Part shown: positions 9,582 through 19,834 of the stretch, piece by piece
Layout: the number at the start of each line of letters is the position of its first letter
Numbering within the stretch: the first letter of the stretch is position 1
DNA from: a virus
Taxonomy: Duplodnaviria; Heunggongvirae; Uroviricota; Caudoviricetes
DNA length: 64,000 bases
Virus record (IMG/VR): IMGVR_UViG_3300042691_036629
Location: 53,500 to 117,499 of that record
Strand: one strand, 5' to 3'
Translations under genes and position numbers: made by a program
The notes under the pieces: generated by a model
What the model was told of the DNA's origin: nothing
The model's database searches: none
Seen by the model: only the letters and a program-made list of their open reading frames with translations

Positions 9582-10733
9582 TTATTTAAATCTTCTGATA
9601 AAATTTCTAACTCTTGGTGAATATCCAGTTGCAATTCCATAGTTACCACTTGCTGATTGTAATCCAAGACCATTTTTACCACTATAATTTAAGAGTTTAC
9701 CAGCTTTAACGTCATAAAAACTAAATGTATCAAGATAAGGGAAAGCACCATAATATATTTTCTTGACGTTGACTTCCATTTCAACATCATATTTATTACC
9801 TTTATACTCAATGTATTCCTGAGATCCTAATCCTTGATTTAATCTGGTTGCCATCCCATTTTCTTTTGCCCATTTAGTCATACTATATACCATCCAATCT
9901 TCAGTTGAATAAACTCGGTCTAAAAACTTTATCTTACCTTTCAAATCAGTTAAATTCTCTTTGATATCAAAGGCTAATCTAATTTCGGCATCCCAGATAA
10001 AAGCTCTTGCGACTAATTTATTAGAACTATCTAACATAACTAATAAACTACATACTTCTGGATTTTTTGTATAAATATCAAATAGATTATTAGTTCCTTT
10101 AAAACCATATGTGGTGGAAGATCCAAAACGTGTTATGTCTGTTCGATCTGATCTACCCTGTTGTTTATCATTCATACAAGAATTACCCAAAGTTCCCTTC
10201 ATTCGAGCATAGTTAAAAGAATCATAATATTTAGCTATTTCATTACCTTTAACAACTTTAAATTTATACTCTTCTTTAGCACCAGATTGTGATTGTAAAT
10301 AAACTACAAACTTATCAATTAAAGATTCTGGGTATTTTTTAGGAGTGTTTATAACTTTATTTAAAAATCTACCAATTTTAATTCTCGATCTTGTTTTAGA
10401 GTCCAATAAATCAGGTGATATCTCCCTCATTTTACTAGTTGGTATCCAAATTAAATTATCGCTTTTTAAACCATCGATAAACTCAGGGTATTCTTTATTA
10501 ACATTTTTCTGAGTTGTATATGAAAGATTTTTATCTTCTAGATCAACAAATGTTATATCATCATCAATTTCTTCACCATATAAGTCAAGTAAGTCTCTAC
10601 ATATATTAGAAAATTCAGATGGTGCTTTACTAATAGCTTTGTGAAAATTAGTTAGAAAGTAAAATCTGGTTTCATTTAAGAACTCCAATTCGTTTTGACT
10701 TTCAAAAACTTTAAAAGATTTTATATGTTTCAT
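9582..10733 (-). CDS. SCM-core paralog family protein with MKHIKSFKVFE N-terminus
   Basis: 383 aa. Contains GTLGNSCMND...LVARAFIW...FLDRVYS...FPYLDTF. TATATA-like box AATATATAGAAT sits just 5' of the ATG. Confidence 0.55.
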   Translation of the reverse strand: MKHIKSFKVFESQNELEFLNETRFYFLTNFHKAISKAPSEFSNICRDLLDLYGEEIDDDITFVDLEDKNLSYTTQKNVNKEYPEFIDGLKSDNLIWIPTSKMREISPDLLDSKTRSRIKIGRFLNKVINTPKKYPESLIDKFVVYLQSQSGAKEEYKFKVVKGNEIAKYYDSFNYARMKGTLGNSCMNDKQQGRSDRTDITRFGSSTTYGFKGTNNLFDIYTKNPEVCSLLVMLDSSNKLVARAFIWDAEIRLAFDIKENLTDLKGKIKFLDRVYSTEDWMVYSMTKWAKENGMATRLNQGLGSQEYIEYKGNKYDVEMEVNVKKIYYGAFPYLDTFSFYDVKAGKLLNYSGKNGLGLQSASGNYGIATGYSPRVRNFIRRFK

Positions 10734-10858
10734 ATTCTATATATTAAAGATTAAATCTCACTTTTTAATGACCAAAATAATTATTTTCAAAATAATTAAA
10801 TAAAATAACAAAGGGAGAGATAATTATTATATATATAATTAAAAATAAAAATAATTAT

Positions 10859-11437
10859 ATGGACTTTACAGAAGAAGACTTAATCGAAATGAAGAAGAAG
10901 GTTAAGCAAATGGAAAAAGAATTGAGAGAAAAAAATAAACCAAAAACGATTACAATACCTGGTAAAACTCATTCTACTATTAAAAAGTATTGTAGTGAAT
11001 TAAATTTAAATATTGGTGAGTGGGCTTCTCAAGTTTTATTAAGAGAAATAGAAAATGATAGTTGTGTTATTAAGTTAGATGATGATTATGATACAAGAAC
11101 TAAGAAACTCGCGGAAGAGATTAAACAAAAGTATAATGTTAAAAGATCAGCATTTAAGTTGGATAAGATATTTATTCATAAAGATTTAAAATCTCTTGGA
11201 TACTCAAGAATTGATGCTTATCCTATTTATGAATATACAGGTGATAATATAAACGAGTTTAAGGAGAAATATAAAGAAAATATATTAAATATATTCAACT
11301 TAGATAATGATGATATTACTGAATTACCTATAAACGAAGACCTGGACGTTGTTATACCTTATATAGGTGGTGATATTCCTTGGCAACAATCAATTTTAAA
11401 AGATATTGAAAACCTAACAAAGAAAAACTCTCAATAA
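10859..11437 (+). CDS. hypothetical protein
   Basis: 192-aa ORF preceded by a TATATATA box. Confidence 0.45.
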   Translation: MDFTEEDLIEMKKKVKQMEKELREKNKPKTITIPGKTHSTIKKYCSELNLNIGEWASQVLLREIENDSCVIKLDDDYDTRTKKLAEEIKQKYNVKRSAFKLDKIFIHKDLKSLGYSRIDAYPIYEYTGDNINEFKEKYKENILNIFNLDNDDITELPINEDLDVVIPYIGGDIPWQQSILKDIENLTKKNSQ

Positions 11438-11456
11438 TTATTGAGAGTTTCTTTTT
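11424..11456. terminator. bidirectional terminator hairpin overlapping convergent gene ends
   Basis: CTCTCAATAATTATTGAGAG palindrome followed by a T-run. Confidence 0.55.
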
Positions 11457-11863
11457 AATTGGTCTTTTTTATAAACTTCTACACAAGATCCTTGTCCGTG
11501 AAGAACCTCAAATACCCAATCACCTAAGTAATACATTTCACCGGTAAACATACAAGAATAATCTTCATACTCTTGTTCAGTAAACTCTACACCATATTCT
11601 TTAGAATACTCAAGTAGTGTCCAGTAAAGAACTTCCATAGGTTCTCTACCTAAACTATATTCACGATCACGATACTTATCAGAACTATACTTATCATAAA
11701 TCTTTTGAATAAGTTCATCGAGATTATCTCTGAAGTTATCATGGATATATTGAGTATATCTTTCTTGTCTTTCTCTTTTTCTTTTGAGTTTTTCACCAAA
11801 CTCAATAATACTTTGTTGACCTTCTTCTGAGTCAAGCCAATCTCTTAAACTATCTAAATTCAT
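11438..11863 (-). CDS. hypothetical protein
   Basis: 141-aa ORF, acidic. Confidence 0.45.
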   Translation of the reverse strand: MNLDSLRDWLDSEEGQQSIIEFGEKLKRKRERQERYTQYIHDNFRDNLDELIQKIYDKYSSDKYRDREYSLGREPMEVLYWTLLEYSKEYGVEFTEQEYEDYSCMFTGEMYYLGDWVFEVLHGQGSCVEVYKKDQLKRNSQ

Positions 11864-11906
11864 TCTACAAAATTAAAAAATTTTTTTAATATTTTATATA
11901 TACATT

Positions 11907-12518
11907 ATGTTAAAAATTAAAACTTATAACCAATTTAATTCGAGTGATTGGTTTGGACCTGTTAAGGTTCTAGATATAAAAGATCGTAAAGTTTATACAA
12001 CTTCTGGAAATTTTGTAAATAATTCTATAAATCAAATAAAGAAAGGTTATACATATGTTTTTAGATTGAATGGTGATATGATAGTTGATACGGGTATGTC
12101 TTGTGTCGATTTAGTTATTTTAGTTGATACTGGCTCAAATTATAAGATGTTGGCAATTCTAAGAAATAAAGATCCATTTAAAGGCAAGTGGGCTTGTCCT
12201 GGTGGGAACATTGACGAAGGTGAAGAACCAATAGATGCTGCTATTCGTGAGTTGGAAGAAGAAACAAGTTTAAAAGTACCTAAAAGATATTTGAGATTTA
12301 TTGATGTATTCAATGAACCGTGGAGAGATCCAAGAAATAAGAATTGTATTTCTTATGCTTTCTCAGTTATTTTAAGTGATATACCTGAAACATCCGCGGC
12401 TGATGATGCTGATGAATGTGATTGGATTGATGTTAGTTATAGTGGTGAAACTATTGTTGATATGGCATTTGATCATAAATCTGTTATAAAAGGTGCTATT
12501 AAAAGAATTAAAAGATAA
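11907..12518 (+). CDS. Nudix hydrolase
   Basis: Nudix box GGNIDEGEEPIDAAIRELEEETSL (Gx5Ex7REuxEExGu). Confidence 0.8.
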   Translation: MLKIKTYNQFNSSDWFGPVKVLDIKDRKVYTTSGNFVNNSINQIKKGYTYVFRLNGDMIVDTGMSCVDLVILVDTGSNYKMLAILRNKDPFKGKWACPGGNIDEGEEPIDAAIRELEEETSLKVPKRYLRFIDVFNEPWRDPRNKNCISYAFSVILSDIPETSAADDADECDWIDVSYSGETIVDMAFDHKSVIKGAIKRIKR

Positions 12519-12536
12519 AGATTAAATATATAAGAA

Positions 12537-13658
12537 ATGAGAAAGTATAACCAATTTATTTTAGAAAAATTAAATAATGATTTAGTCATCTTATTAGAGG
12601 GGTATTTATATTCGACATCCGAATTTCATAGAAAGATTTCCGAATTATCTAGACAATCTGGTAGAGTGGGTGATATTTCTAAAATCATTGATGAATTCTT
12701 AAATAGAAAAGCAGATCCATTTCATCAATTAAAAGATGATTCAATAACTCAAAACTTTTTTGATACTACCAATCGAGTTGATATGGTTAGTTTCACTATG
12801 AATGATAAAGTTCCTAAAGATTGGGATAATGATGAAGATCCAGATTTGCCATACACATTAGGGAGATCTGAAATGAAAATTGGTAGAGTTTTGAGATCTA
12901 TTGTGTCTATGATACAAAGTTCAAAATCTATTAATTTTAATTTAACCGATAAAGATGTTGAAGACTTTGTGAACGCATATAAATCATTAGAAATAAATGA
13001 TAAATGGCAGTTTAAAATTGTTAAAGGTGATGATATTATCAAATATTATAACACATCTAATTACTTAAACACTAATGGGACTTTAGGAGGATCTTGTATG
13101 GGTGATGCTAGGGGTAAATTAAAACTATATGTGGAGAATGATAATAAAGTTGGTCTTTTAATTCTACACAATAAAGAAACTGATCAAATTTGTGGTCGAG
13201 CTTTAGTTTGGAAACTAAAAAAGTCACCTTGTGATGCTAAATATTTTATGGATAGAGTTTATGTAAATAATGATTCTGATGTTATAAAGTTTAAAAATTT
13301 TGCTAATGAGAATAAATTTTTATATAAACAGAAAATGAATAGTCATACGGAAACAAATGTTTGTTTTTTATATGATAATAAGGAATTTTTTGGCGAAATA
13401 TCTGTCAAATTAGAAAAATCAAACTTCAATAAATATCCATTCATTGATACACTTTGTTTCTTAAAAGGTAAAAAGTTATCAAACTTACCATCTAAGAATT
13501 GTAATTGGTTACATGAAACGGATGGTGGTGATGATCAATGTTATGAATGTGATGGTGAATGTTTCTCAAGTTACAATGGAATCTGTGATGTTTGTGGAGA
13601 TGGTCACATCTTTTTGAAAAGAAAAGGAATTGAAACTAAAATAAATAGATTAGTATGA
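12537..13658 (+). CDS. SCM-core paralog family protein with C-terminal Cys-rich Zn-ribbon
   Basis: 373 aa. Contains GTLGGSCMGD...VGLLILH...GRALVW...FMDRVYV...YPFIDTL, then CYECDGECF...CDVCGDGH. Confidence 0.55.
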   Translation: MRKYNQFILEKLNNDLVILLEGYLYSTSEFHRKISELSRQSGRVGDISKIIDEFLNRKADPFHQLKDDSITQNFFDTTNRVDMVSFTMNDKVPKDWDNDEDPDLPYTLGRSEMKIGRVLRSIVSMIQSSKSINFNLTDKDVEDFVNAYKSLEINDKWQFKIVKGDDIIKYYNTSNYLNTNGTLGGSCMGDARGKLKLYVENDNKVGLLILHNKETDQICGRALVWKLKKSPCDAKYFMDRVYVNNDSDVIKFKNFANENKFLYKQKMNSHTETNVCFLYDNKEFFGEISVKLEKSNFNKYPFIDTLCFLKGKKLSNLPSKNCNWLHETDGGDDQCYECDGECFSSYNGICDVCGDGHIFLKRKGIETKINRLV

Positions 13659-15676
13659 GATATATAAAAGAATTTTTCAATTACATAAAAGAAGAATGGT
13701 CAAAGAATGAACCAATTCCAGAAATATTAGATAAAGAAAAAGGATTAGCTGTTTTCCTAATCGGTGCTCCCGGTATTGGAAAGTGCTTAGAATATAATAC
13801 ACCCATTTTAGTGAATAATAAAATGACTAAAATTGGTAAATTGATAGATAACTATAACACCGAATCAAAAATTGGTGAAATAAATATTCCTGTTAAAAAC
13901 TTATATGTTAAATCATTAAATGATAGTGGTGAGTTTGTGGAAAATGAGATTTCGAGTTTATATAGAGGCTATTCAGAAAAGTTAATAAATATAAAAACAC
14001 AAACGGGTGTTGATATAAAAGTTACACCTATACACCCATTATTAGTTTTAGAAAAAAACGGTGATATTATTTGGAAAAAATCATCAGAAATAACAATAGA
14101 TGATAAGTTAGCCAGACCTAGAATAATAAATAACACTTTTAATAATAAATCAAAAATAAGTAATGAATTATCAAGGATTATTGGTTATTCGTTAAGTGAT
14201 GGTAATTTTATAAAAAATAAAAATAGTAAATTTCTAACACTAACAAATATAGATATTGATATAATAGATGATTTTAGAAAATGTGTCGAAAAAGAAAATA
14301 AAATATTAACAGTAAAATCTAAAAAAATAAGACATAGTGTTCAATATTCAGATGATATTAAATTAGGAAATCGAAGATTTAAAAAAGATAAATATGATTT
14401 TATTTCAAATATTTCTGAAATATGTGGTGATTATATTTTTGGCAACAAATCACATAAAGTTAGAATTCCGGATGATATAATATCAAACAGTGAATCATTA
14501 AAACATTTCTTAGGTAGTTATTTATCTTGTGATGGTTCTGTATTTGAAAATAGAGTTGAATATTACACATCGTCATATGAAATGGCTACTGATTTATCTT
14601 ATGCACTTTTAATGTTTAATTTATTATTATAAATTAATTCCACCATGTCATCATTTGGTATAAATCCACCAATATTTGTATTAGTTTTTTCAATTGGTTT
14701 AATTTTTTTTCTACTACATCTAATATATTTATTTAATATTTCTCCAAATAAATTAAAATCATCACTTGTTACCCTGACTATATATGATAAAAAATCCTTA
14801 TTATTTAAATTTGTTTTTTTATTTTTTATTACCGAATTTATACCAGAAGATGAAACTGGATATAGATTTACTAGAAGTTATAAATATAGAAGAGTAATAA
14901 CGAAAAAACGTTTTAATAAAATATGTAATTTTTTAAATGAGAATAATGTTTATATACCAGAAACATATATTAATCATCACAATAACTTATTTTTTGATAA
15001 AATAACTAATATATCAACAATAGAACATAATGATTATGTTTATGATATAGTCTTAGATAAACATCATAACTTCATAGGTGGTAACTTACCAACAATACTA
15101 CATAATTCACACTTTGTGAATAATTATTTACATACAAAAAATACAAACATTAAAGACTTCTCAACTGATGATATTTCACTTCTTTACACAAAAGATCCAA
15201 ATGTTTATTATAAAGGAAAAGAAAAAGAAGAAGGTGGTAGAACAAAAAATGCGTCTGAATTAAACTTAATGAAGATGAAAGGTTTTATGAAAACTGGTCA
15301 AAACTTTATCTATGATACAACCGGTGCTGGTAAAGAATATACTGATACTGGTTATGAACACATTAAGGATATATTTGATTTAGCAAGAGAGAATGGATAT
15401 GAAATAGTTTTTATTCACTTATTATCTACATTAGAAACATCAATTGAACAAGATAAATTAAGATCGAGACACGTTGATCCACACTATATTAAATGGGCTT
15501 ATGCCAAACAAATGGGTGGTGAAGTGGATGGTGTTAAGGTAACTGGTAATATGAAAAGATATAAGGAATTAGGACCAGATAAATATTATGTTATAACTTC
15601 TATTGATAAAAAATATAAGTTTTATAAATTAGAAGGAGATAAACTTCTTAAAAGAAAAAATGATAAATGGGTTTAA
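13655..15676 (+). pseudogene. P-loop NTPase gene carrying a LAGLIDADG intein, interrupted by in-frame TAA at 14630-14632
   Basis: N-extein ends LIGAPGIGK and C-extein begins SHFVNNYLH, so the spliced Walker A is GAPGIGKS. The two track ORFs (13655..14632 and 14645..15676) are in the same frame, separated by a single ochre codon. Confidence 0.5.
13784..15106 (+). mobile_element. intein (Hint plus LAGLIDADG endonuclease domain) in Walker A motif
   Basis: Starts CLEYNTPIL and ends VYDIVLDKHHNFIGGNLPTILHN before Ser. Two LAGLIDADG-like blocks: IIGYSLSDGNF and LGSYLSCDGSV. Confidence 0.7.
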
Positions 15677-15779
15677 TACTCATTTGAATAGTTTTTCTAA
15701 TTTATAAGCTATCATACCGGCAATAGCTCCTAAAAAAAATCCTAATATTAGAATGGTTTTCTTCATAAAGTGAAGATAG

Positions 15780-16313
15780 TTATTTCTTTTTACATTTCAA
15801 AATCATTAACCACTTTCCGGATTCTAATTTAGGAAGTGCCTCTGGTGTACCAAACTCTTCAACGGATTGAGCAAATTTTAACATAACTAACTCACCTCTT
15901 TCTGGAGATGCTTTCTCTCTACCTTTTAAAGAGATAACAACTTTTACTTTATCACCGTCACTTAAAAACTCTCTACCTTTTTTAGATTTAGTTTCTAAAT
16001 CATGATCTGATATATTAACCGATAATTGTATTTCTTTTAAAGAGGATTTAACAGCATTTTTCTTTTTCTCTTTCTCAATCTTTTCTTGATTATAAAGAAA
16101 TTTGTTGTAGTCCTCAATTCTAACAATAGGTGGAGTTTGATTTTCATTAATCATAATCAAATCTTTTTCCTCTGCTTCAGCCATTCTAATAGCTTCATTT
16201 CTAGAAATAACGATTGGTTCTCCATTACCAATCAATCTAACATCACTTGATGTTATTTCTAAATTAATTTTGTGTTTTCTTTTTGGTTCTACTCTCTTAA
16301 AGGGTTTTCTCAT
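15780..16313 (-). CDS. infC: translation initiation factor IF-3
   Basis: 177 aa. VRLIGNGEPIVISRNEAIRMAEAEEKDLIMINENQTPPIVRIEDYNKFLY and the C-domain DHDLETKSKKGREFLSDGDKVKV align to IF3 throughout. Confidence 0.8.
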   Translation of the reverse strand: MRKPFKRVEPKRKHKINLEITSSDVRLIGNGEPIVISRNEAIRMAEAEEKDLIMINENQTPPIVRIEDYNKFLYNQEKIEKEKKKNAVKSSLKEIQLSVNISDHDLETKSKKGREFLSDGDKVKVVISLKGREKASPERGELVMLKFAQSVEEFGTPEALPKLESGKWLMILKCKKK

Positions 16314-16336
16314 TTATTTTTTATTTTTTATTTTTA

Positions 16337-17098
16337 TTACCACAAATCGAACTCTTTATTCTTCTTTTTATTTATGGTTTTTGATTCATCTATATATTCA
16401 AAATTTTCGATATCAAAAATAGCATCTATTTTAAAATCTCTATAATCAGCAACTCCATTCAACTCTTCCCAACCTCTATTTATCAGCTTCCATCTTCTAG
16501 AACTAATTCTTTTTTGATTATACATTTTAGCTAAGTTATTTACAAGAAACTTTCTATGTTTAGCATGTGAAATAGCACCTGGATAGTTTTGATATAAGTT
16601 TTTACCATCATAAGATATACCACAACAACTAATATCAACATTAGCAATCAAATCAATAAACGTTTGCGTGTATAAATCTTGAGTAACATCGGATGGTCTT
16701 TCAACAGACATAACTCTTGGTCTTATAAGTTGAACCACTTTAGTTCCTTTAACATAAGAATAGGGTTCAGATATAACCATATTCATATCATAAACAGATG
16801 ATAGATCTTTAGGTGCTAAATTTTCATGATAAATATATCCATTCTCAACTAATACTTTATCAACAAAATTCATTGATTTAGTACCAATTAATATATCCAC
16901 ATCATTGATTTTTTGACCGGCTATAATATCTCTTAAAGCTCCACCAAAAACTCTAACTAACTTATTATAAATTATTCCACGATCTTTTAATTCATTAGTG
17001 ATGAAAGTATCATCACCAAATAACAAAGATGAATCAAACTCTAAGTATTCGTCTAATTTTTGTTTAATCATTATATTCAAGTTTAAGTTTCTTATCAC
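16337..17098 (-). CDS. polymerase-beta-type nucleotidyltransferase (CCA-adding / poly(A) polymerase head-domain-like)
   Basis: FGGALRDIIAGQKINDVDILIG matches the GGxVRD...DxD head motif. At 253 aa it holds only the head/neck. Confidence 0.5.
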   Translation of the reverse strand: MIRNLNLNIMIKQKLDEYLEFDSSLLFGDDTFITNELKDRGIIYNKLVRVFGGALRDIIAGQKINDVDILIGTKSMNFVDKVLVENGYIYHENLAPKDLSSVYDMNMVISEPYSYVKGTKVVQLIRPRVMSVERPSDVTQDLYTQTFIDLIANVDISCCGISYDGKNLYQNYPGAISHAKHRKFLVNNLAKMYNQKRISSRRWKLINRGWEELNGVADYRDFKIDAIFDIENFEYIDESKTINKKKNKEFDLW

Positions 17099-18788
17099 CT
17101 ATTTGTAGTATGTAAAGACCTTTAGAAAGTTGTGGTAACTCTACATCAAAATAATTATCACCTAATTGTAAATCTAATGATTTTTTATAAAATTGTTTAC
17201 CGGTTAAATCATATATCAATAAGTCTTCAACCTTACTAAAAGATGAATGTAAAGAAACATTTATTTCATTTGTAATTGGATTTGGATAAACCGTTAAGTT
17301 CTCAATATTTAATTGAATTAATATAGACTCCCAATCTGTTCTTTTATAATCACCATTATAATCAGTTTGTTTTAATCGATAGTAAGTTATTCCAGTTTCA
17401 ATATTTCGATCAATTGCTTGATAGTTTATTCTTTGAGTTGAATTACCAGCACCTGGTAGAGTTGTAACTATATCATAATCTAAACCATCTTTTGACTTTT
17501 CAATTGTGAAATAATCATTATTGTGTTCTGATGCTGTTGACCATCTTAATTTAACAACACCATCTTCAAATTTAACTTTAAAGTAAATCAACTCAATTGG
17601 TAAAGCAATACCATTTGATTCATAACATCCAACATCTGGATTACCAATACGACTATAATGTCTCAAATCATCAGTTGGTGCTCCGGTTGTTGTTCCCCAA
17701 TCTATACAAGGTGATGTACCAGAAAGTGTATAATCATCACTAGCACTATTTGTGAATAGTGGATTTGATATTAACGGTGATGTATTTGATGTAGCTGATT
17801 TTATCTCAGCTGAATTTCCATAACAACAATTTGTCATGTTAACGGTAGCGGCATTATTATAAACATCATTGAAAGTATTACCTAAATTATTATAAATAAT
17901 TGTATTTATTAAATTTATTTTAGCTGATGATAAAGCCAAAACACCTCCAGTTCCAACAGAAGCATTACCATTAGCAGTTATAGTACAGTTCATAATATTT
18001 AATGTACTATATGTATTCATAGCAACAATAACAGCCTCTCCTGATGATGTATTATTTTCATAAAATAAACAGTTTTCTAATGTTAGAGTAGAGGTAGATC
18101 CAACACCAAAGAATATAGCACCTCCGTAATTAGTAGCGGTATTTGAATAAAAAATTGAATGTTTTATTGATGATGATGATGTTGGTGATAATTCTATTGA
18201 AATAGCACCACCATAATATTCAGCATTACAATTTTTGAAAGTACAATAATCGATGGTTATTCCCTCAGCAGAATAAATAACACCACCTCGGTGATGTAAA
18301 GAGGCAGTTCTTGTATCACAATTATCAAACTGACAATAAGTTGCTTTAAATCCTGTACATCCAGCAATTATTTTAATTGCTCCACCACCTCCTGGATCAC
18401 CTCCATCAGAATTTTTATGATCCTTTATAATTAATTTAGTGATTGTGATATTATCATTATTTGTGTTATTTAACAATAACCATCTTGCGGTACTACCTGC
18501 ATCAAAAATAGATGTAGGTACACCAGATGATAAAGCCGCACCAGAAATTACAAAACCTTCATCATCAGTACCAACAGTAATACCTGTCTCAGAATAAGTT
18601 CCTGCTTCAACGAAAATAGTATCATTAGAACCTAAATTATAGGTGCTGAAAACGTTTGCTAATGTTAATTTTGGTGTAATAGATGATGTTCCATTGTTTG
18701 TATTGTTTCCGGTTGAACTAATATAATAATTAGTTGCTAATGAACTAAATGATAATAATAGTGTTAGTAAAAATAATATTCTTTTCAT
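17064..18788 (-). CDS. secreted right-handed beta-helix repeat protein with T9SS (Por) C-terminal sorting domain
   Basis: Signal peptide MKRILFLLTLLLSFSSLA. Many NxxGGAI/TxxNN beta-helix repeats. C-terminus VYPNPITNEINV...IYDLTGKQ...LSKGLYILQIGDKKLKLEYND. Confidence 0.7.
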   Translation of the reverse strand: MKRILFLLTLLLSFSSLATNYYISSTGNNTNNGTSSITPKLTLANVFSTYNLGSNDTIFVEAGTYSETGITVGTDDEGFVISGAALSSGVPTSIFDAGSTARWLLLNNTNNDNITITKLIIKDHKNSDGGDPGGGGAIKIIAGCTGFKATYCQFDNCDTRTASLHHRGGVIYSAEGITIDYCTFKNCNAEYYGGAISIELSPTSSSSIKHSIFYSNTATNYGGAIFFGVGSTSTLTLENCLFYENNTSSGEAVIVAMNTYSTLNIMNCTITANGNASVGTGGVLALSSAKINLINTIIYNNLGNTFNDVYNNAATVNMTNCCYGNSAEIKSATSNTSPLISNPLFTNSASDDYTLSGTSPCIDWGTTTGAPTDDLRHYSRIGNPDVGCYESNGIALPIELIYFKVKFEDGVVKLRWSTASEHNNDYFTIEKSKDGLDYDIVTTLPGAGNSTQRINYQAIDRNIETGITYYRLKQTDYNGDYKRTDWESILIQLNIENLTVYPNPITNEINVSLHSSFSKVEDLLIYDLTGKQFYKKSLDLQLGDNYFDVELPQLSKGLYILQIGDKKLKLEYND

Positions 18789-18798
18789 GTTTCTTAAT

Positions 18799-19236
18799 TT
18801 ATAAATCTATAATGTAGTTATAAGCATTAATAGTACCTATTGTACTAAACTGATAACACTTTGTTGGTGAAGTTCCTACTAAAGAAATTTTAATAGACCT
18901 TGATAATTCCAAATAATTAAAATATTCTTCTTTTTTTACATCAGGAGATAGTATAATAGTATAGTCATTAACAATTAAGTCTTTTAGGATAAAAGTTTTT
19001 GTTTCTAAACCATATGTTATTTCTAAAACTACGGTCTGTGTATCAGAAATAAAAGTAGAGTCATGTAAACAAAACATAACATCTTCATAATACTCTTGTA
19101 ATAACAATTCACTATTACCTGATTTAATATCAGCAACTCTATAAGCATCTAAACCACTTGTTACTTCCTCATGTAAATTCCATTGAGAGAAAGTAACAAA
19201 TGGTAAAAAAATCAAAAACAAAATCCAACTCCTCAT
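18799..19236 (-). CDS. hypothetical secreted protein
   Basis: 145 aa. N-terminal signal peptide MRSWILFLIFLPFVTFSQ. Confidence 0.4.
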   Translation of the reverse strand: MRSWILFLIFLPFVTFSQWNLHEEVTSGLDAYRVADIKSGNSELLLQEYYEDVMFCLHDSTFISDTQTVVLEITYGLETKTFILKDLIVNDYTIILSPDVKKEEYFNYLELSRSIKISLVGTSPTKCYQFSTIGTINAYNYIIDL

Positions 19237-19241
19237 AAAAA

Positions 19242-19679
19242 CTATTTAGTTTTAAACCAACCCAACACTTCAATTATTTTTTCTTTAATATTTTCACTAC
19301 TATCACTAGTTAAAGCATATGATAACATATCAATAACATCTGTTTCAGAATATAACTTTTTAACTGGTGAAACAACTACAACACCATTGTGTATTTTAAC
19401 TTTGTTATCACTATCATAGGAAACCTTAACTGATCTAATACTTGGACTTTTAATCCAAGTCCAAATAAAATCATATCCGATATTTGGGTATTCATCTTCT
19501 AAGTCAGAAGTAGCAACTACTTTATCAAAAATACGAAACTCTAATAAACAATTTTCACCACCTGGTATATTCTTACCTAAAATATCATAAGTATCATCAA
19601 ATCGTCTTATATTTGATAATTTTGATGTCTGAACAACATGAACAGAACATTCTATTTGTTTATCACCTATATTAATCAT
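19242..19679 (-). CDS. hypothetical protein
   Basis: 145-aa ORF. Confidence 0.4.
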   Translation of the reverse strand: MINIGDKQIECSVHVVQTSKLSNIRRFDDTYDILGKNIPGGENCLLEFRIFDKVVATSDLEDEYPNIGYDFIWTWIKSPSIRSVKVSYDSDNKVKIHNGVVVVSPVKKLYSETDVIDMLSYALTSDSSENIKEKIIEVLGWFKTK

Positions 19680-19834
19680 ATTACTGTAATAAAATTCTTA
19701 AATCGAACAAAAATTCTTTCAAATAATTATGAAATTTAACTTGTTTTCTATATCTTCTTTTCAACGGTTTAATTTCTCTACTTCTACACTTATTCATAAT
19801 TACTTTTTTTACAAAAATAAAAAAAAGTTTAATA

